From positions 1 to 28,600 of IMG/VR virus record IMGVR_UViG_3300027563_000033: DNA of 28,600 bases. One strand, written 5' to 3'. Of this stretch, positions 1-8,499 are shown piece by piece (position 1 is the stretch's first letter; each line of letters opens with the position of its first letter). Under the pieces are notes generated by a model. The model was not told the DNA's origin, did not search any database, and saw nothing but the letters and a program-made list of their open reading frames with translations. The DNA is from a virus. Its lineage: Duplodnaviria; Caudoviricetes. A program made the translations under genes and the position numbers.

Positions 1-601
1 AATCACTGCAACAGTGTTTGCTTCAACAGCAGTTATGGATACAGCAACAGTAACAACTGGTGCTACACTTTCAGATTTTGGAGTTGCAAAGTTTGTCGCA
101 ACACTTCCAGCAACTGGAACACGATCATTAATCACATTCAGCCCAACAACTGCTGGAGATGCAACAACTACTGATGTAGTTGGTCTACCTGCTCGTGCAC
201 TTGCACCGTTTGCAGAAATCACAGTTCGTGATCTAGTTTCAGAACTTGCAGCACAAACTGCTGCTAAGGATGCAGCACTTGCTGCTAAGGCAATTTCAGA
301 TGCTGCAGTCGTAAAGGCTGCTTCAGATGCTGTTGCTGCTAAGGCTGCTTCAGATGCTGCTCTTGCAGCAGAGAAGGCTGCTTCTGCAACTGCACTTGCC
401 GATGCAAAGGCTGCTTCTACTAAGGCACTTGCTGATGCAAAGGTCGCTTCTGATGCAGCACTTGCTGCAAAGGATGCACAGATTGCTAAGTTGACTGCAG
501 ATAACGCAGCAGCACTTGCATCTTTGAAGAAGGCATTTAACACATTGGCAAACAATTGGAACAAGAAGAATCCAAAGGCAAAGGTTACTTTAGTTAAGTA
601 A
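1..601 (+). CDS. 3' part of a surface/S-layer-like protein with Ala/Lys/Asp-rich coiled-coil C-terminus (5'-truncated by the window)
   Basis: Frame is open from the window edge. Thr/Val-rich region, then repeated AAKAASDAA-type units, ending KNPKAKVTLVK; followed by a terminator. Confidence 0.6.
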   Translation, partial: ITATVFASTAVMDTATVTTGATLSDFGVAKFVATLPATGTRSLITFSPTTAGDATTTDVVGLPARALAPFAEITVRDLVSELAAQTAAKDAALAAKAISDAAVVKAASDAVAAKAASDAALAAEKAASATALADAKAASTKALADAKVASDAALAAKDAQIAKLTADNAAALASLKKAFNTLANNWNKKNPKAKVTLVK

Positions 602-614
602 TTAGTCCAGCATT

Positions 615-647
615 AAAGGGGTTACCAATTACGGTAGCCCCTTTTTT
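615..647 (+). terminator. Rho-independent terminator
   Basis: GGGGTTACC-aattac-GGTAGCCCC stem followed by TTTTTT. Confidence 0.85.
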
Positions 648-658
648 GTGCAATAAAA

Positions 659-667
659 TGGTATAAT
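659..667 (+). promoter_or_regulatory. extended -10 promoter (TGgTATAAT)
   Basis: TGGTATAAT just after the terminator and upstream of the GGGGG SD at 693-697. Confidence 0.6.
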
Positions 668-705
668 CAGCCTATCAGACATCAGTCTGCAAGGGGGAAA
701 GGTAA

Positions 706-2871
706 ATTAAAAAACTAATACGAATAGCAGCAGCCACATTATTAGCATTTGGCTGGCTTCTTATTTCCCCAGAAGGTGCCCACTCTGATGATCCCCTCAC
801 AGTAGCAGCCCAAGAAATACAAGACCTTAACGATAGCATTGACGACCTTGGCTACAAGGATAAATTCATATCACTAATTGAAGAAGCAGAAGATAAGTAT
901 ACCCTTGCCGTATCTGCAAAAGAAACCCAGACCCAATCTTCTACCTCATACGACAACTCTCTTGTCTTAAAAGCCACGGCAGGGGAACAAAAAGCATCAG
1001 CCCAATCAGCAGTAGATGGACAAACAGCAGTAGTTGCAACTGCCCTAACTAATAAAAATAATGCACAGGATGCTCTTGATGTGGCCAACATAAACCTTTC
1101 AACCCAGTCTGGCTCAATAACTGATATCACAACAGAAGATTTTAATAATAATAGTATAAATAATGGTAGACAAAATTGGCCAGCAGGTGCTCTTAGTATA
1201 TTTATAGTTGGATCAATAGACTCAAACGGTAACTCAAATAATAGCCTTGAAGTTCCAATATCATCAACAGTAAATGGTGGATATTTTTATGGAAGCGAAC
1301 AGGTTCCAAGTAATGATTATACAAACCCACCAGCGTTGCATCTTCAAGCCCCAAGTCAAACACTTGCTTTTCGTGTTGCCAATTGGAGTGAGGGATCAGT
1401 TACTCAGGTTAAATTTTCCGTTTATGCAAAAAATGGAGATGCCACTGCTATGGTCAGGCATACAGATGGAACAACATATAACTTTACAATTCAAGACAAT
1501 GTTAATTCAAATTATCCAGGATTTGTTCATCAAGAAGTTTTAGATGCCCTCCCTGGTAAACAAATTCATGAGATATATTTTTGGGCACACAACAGTGACT
1601 GGTACGTTATTGATAATGTAATTATAAAAACTATTATAGGTAGTGGTCCAAGCCAAGAGTCAAGTGATGCAGTTGCCTCAGCACAGGCTGTATACAATGA
1701 CAAACTAAATGTTTATAATCAAGCAGTTTCAACATTAAATGGTTACAATCAAACACTAACTAATAAAACAAATGAATATAACAACTCAGTTTTAAATGTT
1801 GCAACGGCACTCCAAAATAAAAATAATGCAATCAGCGCATACAATCAAGCAATTAATTATCTTAACAACTACATTGATAACGCATGGCGTTACTATGATG
1901 AACAATCACAAAGAGAAATTCAAAGAGCAATAGCACAAGCAGCAGCACAGGCACAAGCAGCAGCCGATGCTGCAGCAGCCATCAAGCCTACCCCTAAGCC
2001 AGAGCCTTCTCCAGAACCAAAGCCAACCGTTGAACCAGAAAAGCCTAAGCCATCTGACCCACCAACAGATAAGCCAGAACCAAAGCCAACCCCTCCAACA
2101 GATAATCCAGAGCCTAAACCAACTCCACCAAGTGAAAACCCAGATCCAAAACCAACACCTCCAGGTCCTAAGCCAGAACCAACAGATAAGCCTAAACCAG
2201 AAGAGCCTAAGCCAACACCTGCCCCAAGCCCTGAACAAAAGCCAGAACCCACTCCAGAGCCTCCTGTAGAGCCTTCACCAGAACCCAAGCCATTGCCAAG
2301 ACCAGAATTTAGGCCAGCAGAAAATGTTGATCCAGTAATCAAAGATGAAGTATTAGCAGCACTTATTCCACAAAAGGGTACAGGAAATGCGGAAGATTTG
2401 TCTGGTGTTATTGCAAACCTTACAAGCAGAGATAACAAATTAGTTAAACTTTCAACAGAGCAGACTGCAGCAGTTAGTCAAACACTTAAATCTTTGACGC
2501 AAGAAGCAAAGAAAGAGATTGCTTCAAACCTTGGTATTTCTTCAGCAGAGGTAGCAAAGGTAGCAGAAGTAATGAAGTCAAATCCTGCAGTTGCAGAAGC
2601 GTTTGTTGAGTTTGCAGAAAGATCAGGGGATGCAGGAGATACCCCGATGCCATTTACATTAGCAGATGCAACGACAGAAGTACAAACAGAAGCATTTTTA
2701 GCAGACCCACTTGGAGCAGTATTTGAAGTGGACCCAGTAGAACTCCTATCTAATTTCTCTGAGTTAGGTATGGATATGACAGATGATCAGAGAGAAAAAG
2801 CGCAAGAAGTAATTGTCCCAGTGATCATCGTATCACAAATTGCAGGGGCAGTCATAAGGAGGAACAAATGA
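706..2871 (+). CDS. Secreted, membrane-anchored surface protein: signal peptide, coiled coils, beta-rich domain, Pro-rich stalk, C-terminal hydrophobic anchor; probable ATT start (721 aa)
   Basis: Frame stays open 125 codons upstream of the tracked GTG at 1081, back to TAA at 703-705. It begins ATT-KKLIRIAAATLLAFGWLLISPEGAHS (signal-peptide-like) and ends VIVPVIIVSQIAGAVIRRNK. Confidence 0.75.
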   Translation: MKKLIRIAAATLLAFGWLLISPEGAHSDDPLTVAAQEIQDLNDSIDDLGYKDKFISLIEEAEDKYTLAVSAKETQTQSSTSYDNSLVLKATAGEQKASAQSAVDGQTAVVATALTNKNNAQDALDVANINLSTQSGSITDITTEDFNNNSINNGRQNWPAGALSIFIVGSIDSNGNSNNSLEVPISSTVNGGYFYGSEQVPSNDYTNPPALHLQAPSQTLAFRVANWSEGSVTQVKFSVYAKNGDATAMVRHTDGTTYNFTIQDNVNSNYPGFVHQEVLDALPGKQIHEIYFWAHNSDWYVIDNVIIKTIIGSGPSQESSDAVASAQAVYNDKLNVYNQAVSTLNGYNQTLTNKTNEYNNSVLNVATALQNKNNAISAYNQAINYLNNYIDNAWRYYDEQSQREIQRAIAQAAAQAQAAADAAAAIKPTPKPEPSPEPKPTVEPEKPKPSDPPTDKPEPKPTPPTDNPEPKPTPPSENPDPKPTPPGPKPEPTDKPKPEEPKPTPAPSPEQKPEPTPEPPVEPSPEPKPLPRPEFRPAENVDPVIKDEVLAALIPQKGTGNAEDLSGVIANLTSRDNKLVKLSTEQTAAVSQTLKSLTQEAKKEIASNLGISSAEVAKVAEVMKSNPAVAEAFVEFAERSGDAGDTPMPFTLADATTEVQTEAFLADPLGAVFEVDPVELLSNFSELGMDMTDDQREKAQEVIVPVIIVSQIAGAVIRRNK
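1987..2310 (+). repeat. Low-complexity coding repeat (PKPEP/PKPTPP/TDKP)
   Basis: Degenerate CCWAAGCCAGAR-type units encoding a Pro/Lys/Glu/Thr linker. Confidence 0.8.
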
Positions 2872-3095
2872 AAATAATCAACAAAGCAGTTAGTCTTGTA
2901 GGTAAATCACTCAAGGGATTAACTAAATGGTTTAAAGACGCAGGAATGGAATTAATCGCACAGGCATTCACCCTCCTAGGCTTCTTTATCGCATGGCTAA
3001 CTTTGACGGGATCAGCAAGAGACATTGTTGGTATTGCTGTAATGGCAACAACAATTATCTGGCTAATTACAATCCCGCTAAGAAAGGATAAATAA
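2868..3095 (+). CDS. small two-TM membrane protein
   Basis: ATGA overlap with the upstream gene; two hydrophobic segments. Confidence 0.75.
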   Translation: MKIINKAVSLVGKSLKGLTKWFKDAGMELIAQAFTLLGFFIAWLTLTGSARDIVGIAVMATTIIWLITIPLRKDK

Positions 3096-3097
3096 AA

Positions 3098-3382
3098 ATG
3101 GCAACTAAAAAAATAGTAGAACCCCCAAAGAACGATCACCCACAGAAAGCAATAACAAATATCTTAATGAGAATTCTTGCGGTATTCGCAGCATCAGGAC
3201 TATCAGTCTTGGGAGCAGGAGCCGTAGTAGGAATTGAAACTGGACAGGCAGTAATGCTTGCAGGACTCCTAGGTGTAGCAACAGTTATTGAAAGACTGGC
3301 AAGGGCTTTTTTGGACGATGGAAGGCTATCATTATCAGAAATAAATGACGCCTTTAGAACGGTAGATAAAAAGGCTAATTAG
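3098..3382 (+). CDS. two-TM membrane protein (holin-like)
   Basis: Two Gly/Ala-rich hydrophobic helices and a charged C-terminus; holin function is inference. Confidence 0.6.
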   Translation: MATKKIVEPPKNDHPQKAITNILMRILAVFAASGLSVLGAGAVVGIETGQAVMLAGLLGVATVIERLARAFLDDGRLSLSEINDAFRTVDKKAN

Positions 3383-3398
3383 TCATTATCACCCATAG

Positions 3399-3428
3399 TT
3401 GACAGCCCTCTCTGGGCAATGGTATACT
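3399..3428 (+). promoter_or_regulatory. sigma70-type promoter embedded in a long inverted repeat
   Basis: TTGACA-18-TATACT with TG extension. Confidence 0.75.
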
Positions 3429-3461
3429 TGAGTATAACCTATCTGGAGAGGGCTTCTACCT

Positions 3462-3986
3462 GTGACTTGCATTGCCGTTGTAAAACATGAAGACAAAATT
3501 TATATGGCTGGGGATCGTGGAGCATCAGATGATGGTACCATTCTAGCACTTGAAGCACCAAAGGTTTGGAAGATAGGTCCATACTTAATTGGATATGCTG
3601 GATCAATGGACGGAGAAAGAATCCGTTATAACTTTAAGCCATCTGCTCCTAATATTAAAGACACAGATAGATTTATGCAGACAAGGTTTATCAAAGAACT
3701 TAAAGAGTTTTACAATGAGTTTTGGGTTGACACATCAAAAGAAGGAGACCTTGGTTTGATAATTGCAGTTCGTGGAAATATATACGAGCATAGTTCTGCT
3801 GACATGTCTTTATCTAAGTATACACTTCCATACCTTGCTATGGGTTCAGGAGCAGAGTATGCATACGGTGTTTTGTATGCAACAGATAAACAAAAAAATG
3901 CAAGGAATAGAGTGATGCAAGCAGTAAATGCTGCAATTAAATTTAACCCATCATGCATGGGTCCAGTTGACATCGTTAGTATCTAG
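3462..3986 (+). CDS. Ntn-hydrolase, proteasome-beta/HslV-like peptidase
   Basis: N-terminal M-T-C-I-A (Thr nucleophile), AGDR, K in PKVW, GYAGS and AMGSG motifs. Confidence 0.8.
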   Translation: MTCIAVVKHEDKIYMAGDRGASDDGTILALEAPKVWKIGPYLIGYAGSMDGERIRYNFKPSAPNIKDTDRFMQTRFIKELKEFYNEFWVDTSKEGDLGLIIAVRGNIYEHSSADMSLSKYTLPYLAMGSGAEYAYGVLYATDKQKNARNRVMQAVNAAIKFNPSCMGPVDIVSI

Positions 3987-3995
3987 GAGTATACT
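3967..3995 (+). promoter_or_regulatory. sigma70-type promoter for a leaderless mRNA
   Basis: TTGACA-17-TATACT; ATG at 4002 is 6 nt after the -10. Confidence 0.8.
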
Positions 3996-4001
3996 TAGTA
4001 T

Positions 4002-4220
4002 ATGAGCGAAGAGTTTGAAGAGATTCTAAAAGACATTCAGAATATAGAGTCAGACTTTGATGAGTTTGAGATCTGGCTTGAAAATGGAATTGAGCGGGGA
4101 TGGGTAACTGAACCGTTCTGCAATACTCATGAAGGAGATCCCTACATGACAGATGAAGAACAGCAAGAATGGGAAGAGGGCGGAGACCCTTGCCAAGTAG
4201 TTTTAAAAATCAAACAATAA
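4002..4220 (+). CDS. acidic hypothetical protein (CxTHxG...GGDPC)
   Basis: ORF directly behind a consensus promoter. Confidence 0.75.
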   Translation: MSEEFEEILKDIQNIESDFDEFEIWLENGIERGWVTEPFCNTHEGDPYMTDEEQQEWEEGGDPCQVVLKIKQ

Positions 4221-4240
4221 CAACAACAAGGAGAAACAAA

Positions 4241-5101
4241 ATGAAGAAAGCACTACTAGCACTACTATCAATTGCAATTGCATTTACAGCAATTTCACCA
4301 GCACAAGCAGAAGACCAGAAGGTCTTAGCAATTATTGATTCAGCAGTTAATTCTGACAAAATTACTTCAGTGATTTATGAAGCATGCTTTACACAAAACA
4401 ATTCATGTCCAAACAAGACAAACTTTATGGAAGGCAAGGGGTCTGCAAATTCACATGTGTGGCATTCTTCAATTGTCAATTCTGTCTACCACGGCCACAA
4501 CATGACTCAGGCAGCACTTACAGTGGATCCAAACATAAAGATTGTATTTGTTAGAGTTGCCAACATTACAAGTTCTGGAAATATTCTTCAAGATGCAAAG
4601 TCTTTGCAGTCTGCAATTGATTGGGTATCAAAGAACGCTGAAAAATATAGCATTGATGCAGTTTCAATTAGTCTTTCATCTATATCAGCAAATAACTTAA
4701 ATGCATGCACTACAAATTCTGTAGTTATTAATGCAGTGTCTTCTTTAAATTTAAAGAATATTCCAACCTTTGCTGCAACTGGAAATGATGGTTCTTTAAA
4801 TGTTGTTGGATATCCATCATGTGTCTCTGGAGTTATCGGAGTTGGAGCATCATGGTTTGACAATACAACAAAGTCTCACATTTTTGCAAAATCTACAAAT
4901 CGTGGTCCAGGACTTGATGTCCTTGGTGTTGCAGAGACCTTGATCGTAAGATACCACGGAACAACGGTAGATACATCTGGAACTTCTGGAGCAACTGTTC
5001 TTGCAGCAGCAAAGTATGTTTCTAAAAATACATACAAAACCTTTGGAGAATATGTATCATCTCTTCCAAAGATACTATCGTATCCATATAACGGTAAGTA
5101 G
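4241..5101 (+). CDS. secreted subtilisin-family (S8) serine peptidase
   Basis: AAGGAG SD, then MKKALLALL signal peptide with AQA site. Motifs: AIIDS (Asp), HGHNM (His), AATGN (oxyanion Asn), SGTSGA (Ser). Confidence 0.88.
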   Translation: MKKALLALLSIAIAFTAISPAQAEDQKVLAIIDSAVNSDKITSVIYEACFTQNNSCPNKTNFMEGKGSANSHVWHSSIVNSVYHGHNMTQAALTVDPNIKIVFVRVANITSSGNILQDAKSLQSAIDWVSKNAEKYSIDAVSISLSSISANNLNACTTNSVVINAVSSLNLKNIPTFAATGNDGSLNVVGYPSCVSGVIGVGASWFDNTTKSHIFAKSTNRGPGLDVLGVAETLIVRYHGTTVDTSGTSGATVLAAAKYVSKNTYKTFGEYVSSLPKILSYPYNGK

Positions 5102-5106
5102 TTATA

Positions 5107-5133
5107 AGTCCTGGGCATGACTAAAACTGCCTG
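5107..5133 (+). ncRNA. H-type pseudoknot motif, copy 1
   Basis: AGTC-CTGGGCAT-GACT-AAAAC-TGCCTG; 3 nt upstream of tRNA-Asn. Confidence 0.65.
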
Positions 5134-5136
5134 CCT

Positions 5137-5209
5137 TGCCCTATAACTCAGATGGTAGAGTGCCGAACTGTTAATTCGGATGTCCCTGGATCGAGGCCAG
5201 GTGGGGCAG
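5137..5209 (+). tRNA. tRNA-Asn(GTT)
   Basis: Cloverleaf: acceptor TGCCCTA/TGGGGCA, anticodon arm CCGAA-CTGTTAA-TTCGG, atypical T-loop ATCGAGG; no encoded CCA. Confidence 0.9.
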
Positions 5210-5249
5210 CGTGATATAATTATATAAAGATACCTACAAGGAGGATATC

Positions 5250-5894
5250 ATGGCAGCAAAAGGATCAGTAGAAGCAATCATCGAGGTTGCAAAAAAGGAA
5301 GTGGGCACAATTGAAGGCCCTAAAGATAACGAAACAAAGTATGGTGCATGGATCAAGGTTAACTTTCAGCCATGGTGCCAATCATTTGTTTCTTGGGCAG
5401 CATTTACTGCGGGAGTAAAATCATTTCCTAAGTCTGCATCAACAGTAGCAGCAGCAGACTGGTTTAAGAAGGCTGAGCGTTGGTCAGATGCTCGCAATGA
5501 TGATCCACAAGCAGGAGACTGGATCTATTTTGATTTCCCAGAAGATGGCGTAAATCGTATTTCCCATGTTGGTATTTGCATTAAGAATAATGGCGACGGA
5601 ACAATCCAAGTTATTGAAGGAAACACTTCAGGAACTGCCAAGGGAGATCAACGCAACGGAGGAATGTGCGTTGAAAAGACTCGTGGCTATGTAAAAAATA
5701 ACAAGAAGAAGTTGGTTAATGCTGTAATTGGTTGGGGTCGTCCAGTTTATGCTGGAGAAGAAAATGCTCCACTGCTAAACAAGTTGGCAGCAACACCTGT
5801 TAAGACAACATCAGCAGATGCTGCAAAGAAGTCCGTAAAGCCAGCAGTAAAGAAATCATCAGGTGGCGCAGCGAAAGGTTCCGTGGCCCTATAA
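5250..5894 (+). CDS. CHAP-domain peptidoglycan amidase (endolysin-like)
   Basis: PWCQSFVSW (Cys), HVGI (His) and IEGNT motifs; Lys/Ala-rich tail; AAGGAGG SD; TGATATAAT at 5212-5220. Confidence 0.85.
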   Translation: MAAKGSVEAIIEVAKKEVGTIEGPKDNETKYGAWIKVNFQPWCQSFVSWAAFTAGVKSFPKSASTVAAADWFKKAERWSDARNDDPQAGDWIYFDFPEDGVNRISHVGICIKNNGDGTIQVIEGNTSGTAKGDQRNGGMCVEKTRGYVKNNKKKLVNAVIGWGRPVYAGEENAPLLNKLAATPVKTTSADAAKKSVKPAVKKSSGGAAKGSVAL

Positions 5895-6112
5895 TGGAAT
5901 CAAATAAGAAAAGTTTATATAAGTCAATCACTTGGCCAGCAGTTCATATTTTGTTTGTTGGCACATTAGTCTATTTTTTTGAAATGGCTATTACTGGCGA
6001 GGCCCACTGGGAATATTCTGGTACATTTGCAATTATTTATACTCTATGTGAAATGTTGGGATTTTTTCTACATGAAAGAGCATGGAATAAGTTCGGAAAA
6101 GGAGTTAAGTAA
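5894..6112 (+). CDS. DUF2061-like small membrane protein
   Basis: KSLYKSITW...FFLHERAW pattern. Confidence 0.7.
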   Translation: MESNKKSLYKSITWPAVHILFVGTLVYFFEMAITGEAHWEYSGTFAIIYTLCEMLGFFLHERAWNKFGKGVK

Positions 6113-6219
6113 TGCGTATTAAAGTTATTCGTTTTGTTGTTAAAGTACTTGGGTATGAGTGGGGCGGAGACGCACTCAATGTACCAGTCTGGACAGTAAA
6201 AGCAAAAAAGAAGAAGTAG
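6112..6219 (+). CDS. small hypothetical protein (35 aa, MRIKVIRFVVKVLGYEWGG...)
   Basis: TAATG coupling and AAGGAG SD; fills the intergenic gap; below the ORF-track cutoff. Confidence 0.6.
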   Translation: MRIKVIRFVVKVLGYEWGGDALNVPVWTVKAKKKK

Positions 6220-6222
6220 CCT

Positions 6223-6408
6223 ATGGCACTGTACGAATATGATTGTATGCCATGTGCACAAAGATATATCAAGGAACGTTCTATTAAAGAAAATGATCCT
6301 GGATATACATGCGAGACTTGCAATCACACGCTAGTTCGTGTATACTCTAATGTAGGAGCAGTTTTCAACGGTATTGGATTTTATTCCACTGATAATAGAA
6401 AGAAATAG
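6223..6408 (+). CDS. FmdB-family zinc-ribbon protein
   Basis: MALYEYDCxxC...CxxC...F.G.GFYSTD. Confidence 0.85.
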   Translation: MALYEYDCMPCAQRYIKERSIKENDPGYTCETCNHTLVRVYSNVGAVFNGIGFYSTDNRKK

Positions 6409-6418
6409 GCAGTATACT

Positions 6419-6646
6419 ATGAAGACTATGATAAAAACACCTGAAGAAATTAAAGATTGGGTGCTTAAAGTAACCGATAGATGTGATTCTTGTGGAGCAG
6501 AAGCCCTTGTTAAGGTTGCTGGTTTAAATGGAGAACTTCTTTTTTGTGGTCATCACTACAACAAGATTATGGATAACCCTGAAGGATATAAAAAAATGAT
6601 GAAGTTTGCCATAACAGTAGTTGATGAAAGATCAAAACTAGATTAA
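6419..6646 (+). CDS. small Cys/His zinc-binding protein of actinobacterial type
   Basis: DRCDSCGAEA...LLFCGHH; the start could be 6428. Confidence 0.7.
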   Translation: MKTMIKTPEEIKDWVLKVTDRCDSCGAEALVKVAGLNGELLFCGHHYNKIMDNPEGYKKMMKFAITVVDERSKLD

Positions 6647-7492
6647 ATGATTAACTTTAATTATTTATTAAGGGGATCCTCTCGCAACCCATTAGAGTTA
6701 AGAGAAATATCTTCTAATCTTGAAACCATAGGGTATCAATCTGTTTTATTAACTTTTCATTCTAAATCTGCAGATTACTTTATAAAGGCAGCAGCAGCAT
6801 TGGTTTCTGGTGATAAAATAAAATACATGCTTGCTTTAAGGCCATACCACATGAGTCCACAATATCTAGCAATGGTTGTTAAAGCATTTGACGAAATAGA
6901 TAAAAACAGAATATCAATTAATTTTCTTGCTGGCGGAGTAGATAGTATGAAAGGTGAGCCAGAACAAACAGATATATATGGAAACACAGAAAGCCTAGAC
7001 TCCATAGTTAAAAGAACTGAGTTTGTTCGTCAATTTGTAGATCAATATAAATTTTACTCATTTACAAATAGTACTCCAGAACTTATTTTTAGTGGACACT
7101 CTGAATACACAATAGAGACTGCAAAAATTTTAAATGGAACTTCTTTATCAATGATAGATGACTACAGGAATAACATTGATAGATTTTCTGAAATAAAAAA
7201 CATTATGGTTTCTGTATGCCCAATAATACTAGATTCTGAGTTAGAAGCAGAAGAGTATAAAAAATTTTTACATGCAAAAAGTTACAGGTATGTGGATATG
7301 TCTATAATAGGAACAAGAGATTTTGTTAAAGAAAAATTACTTTTGCTAGAAACTGAAGGTATAACTGATGCAATGATTAATACCCATAGGTGGGAGTTTA
7401 ATGGAATGCCACATGAACTTAGTGAGAAGAATGATATACTAGTTAACGAGTTAATAAAAGAAATTTGTCATGAGAATGGAAAAATTAAATGA
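6647..7492 (+). CDS. luciferase-like flavin monooxygenase (LLM/SsuD-like, divergent)
   Basis: IKYMLALRPYHMSPQYLA...RISINFLAG resembles the LLM TIM-barrel N-terminal half. Confidence 0.7.
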   Translation: MINFNYLLRGSSRNPLELREISSNLETIGYQSVLLTFHSKSADYFIKAAAALVSGDKIKYMLALRPYHMSPQYLAMVVKAFDEIDKNRISINFLAGGVDSMKGEPEQTDIYGNTESLDSIVKRTEFVRQFVDQYKFYSFTNSTPELIFSGHSEYTIETAKILNGTSLSMIDDYRNNIDRFSEIKNIMVSVCPIILDSELEAEEYKKFLHAKSYRYVDMSIIGTRDFVKEKLLLLETEGITDAMINTHRWEFNGMPHELSEKNDILVNELIKEICHENGKIK

Positions 7493-8250
7493 TTATTCAG
7501 ATTATTGGTCTTCCAGGTTCAGGAAAGACAGAGTTAGCCAAGGCACTCAAAGAAAGAATTAATGCTATTCATCTTAATGCAGATGAGGTTCGTGCAACTG
7601 TAAATTCAGACTTAGGTTTTGCACCAGAGGATAGACTTGAGCAGGCTCGTCGTATGGGAGAGATGGCAAGGCTTATTGCTAAGCAAGGTGTTGCTCCTGT
7701 AATCGTTGACTTTGTATGTCCAACAGATTTAACTCGTGTAGCATTTGGCAAGCCAGATATTTTAATCTATATGGAAACAATTGAAGAAAGTAGATTTGAA
7801 GATACTAATAAAATGTTTGAAGTCCCAGGTAATTTTGACATGGCCTTTATTAGTCATGAGTGGGACGCAAACGAAAAAGCAACAGAAATTATTAATCAGT
7901 TTGGCCTGCATGACTGGTCTGCACCTACAACTCTTATGCTGGGTAGGTACCAGCCCTGGCACGAGGGCCACCACGCCCTTTACAAGGAGGCAGGCAAGAG
8001 AACTGACCAAGTACTCCTTGGAGTCCGTAACACCTACAATACAAGCGAAAAGGATCCTCTTAAGTTTGATCAGGTAAAAGAATATATTGCCAAGGATGAT
8101 TTTATGGACGGGGCATTAGTACTAAGACTACCTAACATTACCAACATTGTATATGGTCGTGATGTTGGATACAAGATTGAGCAAGTAGATTTGGGGGCAG
8201 ACATTCATGCTATTAGCGCTACGCAAAAACGTAAAGAGATGGGCATCTAA
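7489..8250 (+). CDS. adenylylsulfate-kinase-like P-loop domain fused to a HIGH-superfamily nucleotidyltransferase
   Basis: GLPGSGKT, LNADEVR, DLGFAPEDRLEQARR, DFVCP (CysC-like); then GRYQPWHEGH and ISAT.KR. Confidence 0.82.
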   Translation: MIIQIIGLPGSGKTELAKALKERINAIHLNADEVRATVNSDLGFAPEDRLEQARRMGEMARLIAKQGVAPVIVDFVCPTDLTRVAFGKPDILIYMETIEESRFEDTNKMFEVPGNFDMAFISHEWDANEKATEIINQFGLHDWSAPTTLMLGRYQPWHEGHHALYKEAGKRTDQVLLGVRNTYNTSEKDPLKFDQVKEYIAKDDFMDGALVLRLPNITNIVYGRDVGYKIEQVDLGADIHAISATQKRKEMGI

Positions 8251-8299
8251 AGTCTGGAACTTCATCACTAAGCCAAGCAAAATTGAGTGGCCATCATGA
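8207..8299 (+). CDS. possible overlapping 30-aa ORF (MLLALRKNVKRWASKVWNFITKPSKIEWPS)
   Basis: GGGGG SD at 8193-8197; its stop overlaps the next start as ATGA. Confidence 0.4.
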   Translation: MLLALRKNVKRWASKVWNFITKPSKIEWPS

Positions 8300-8499
8300 A
8301 TGTATCTAAACAAAGATCAGCACTAAAAGCCATTACATGGCGTATAATTGGAACAGCAGATACATTTGCTATTGCTTGGCTTATAACCAAAGAGCCAGTT
8401 ACAGCAGGTGCAATCGCAAGTTTCGAGGTAGTTACAAAAACAATCCTTTATTACTTCCATGAGCGTGGTTGGAATAAAGTTAGATGGGGGAGAAACTAA
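8296..8499 (+). CDS. DUF2061 membrane protein
   Basis: RSALKAITWRIIGT.DT...LYYFHERGW. Confidence 0.82.
   Translation: MNVSKQRSALKAITWRIIGTADTFAIAWLITKEPVTAGAIASFEVVTKTILYYFHERGWNKVRWGRN

Noticed and set aside
852-1130. 92-aa minus-strand ORF
   Set aside because: Antisense to the extended 706..2871 gene, which has a signal peptide and SD.
1906-2438. ORFs 1906..2238(-), 1920..2438(-) and 1967..2269(+)
   Set aside because: Shadow frames of the Pro-rich repeat; the low-complexity sequence lacks stops and there are no initiation signals.
5107-5133. Pseudoknot motif as a preQ1-I or SAM riboswitch
   Set aside because: Only the topology is similar. Copies lie 3' of genes or before tRNAs rather than at the RBS of metabolic genes, and I could not match ligand-binding consensus residues.
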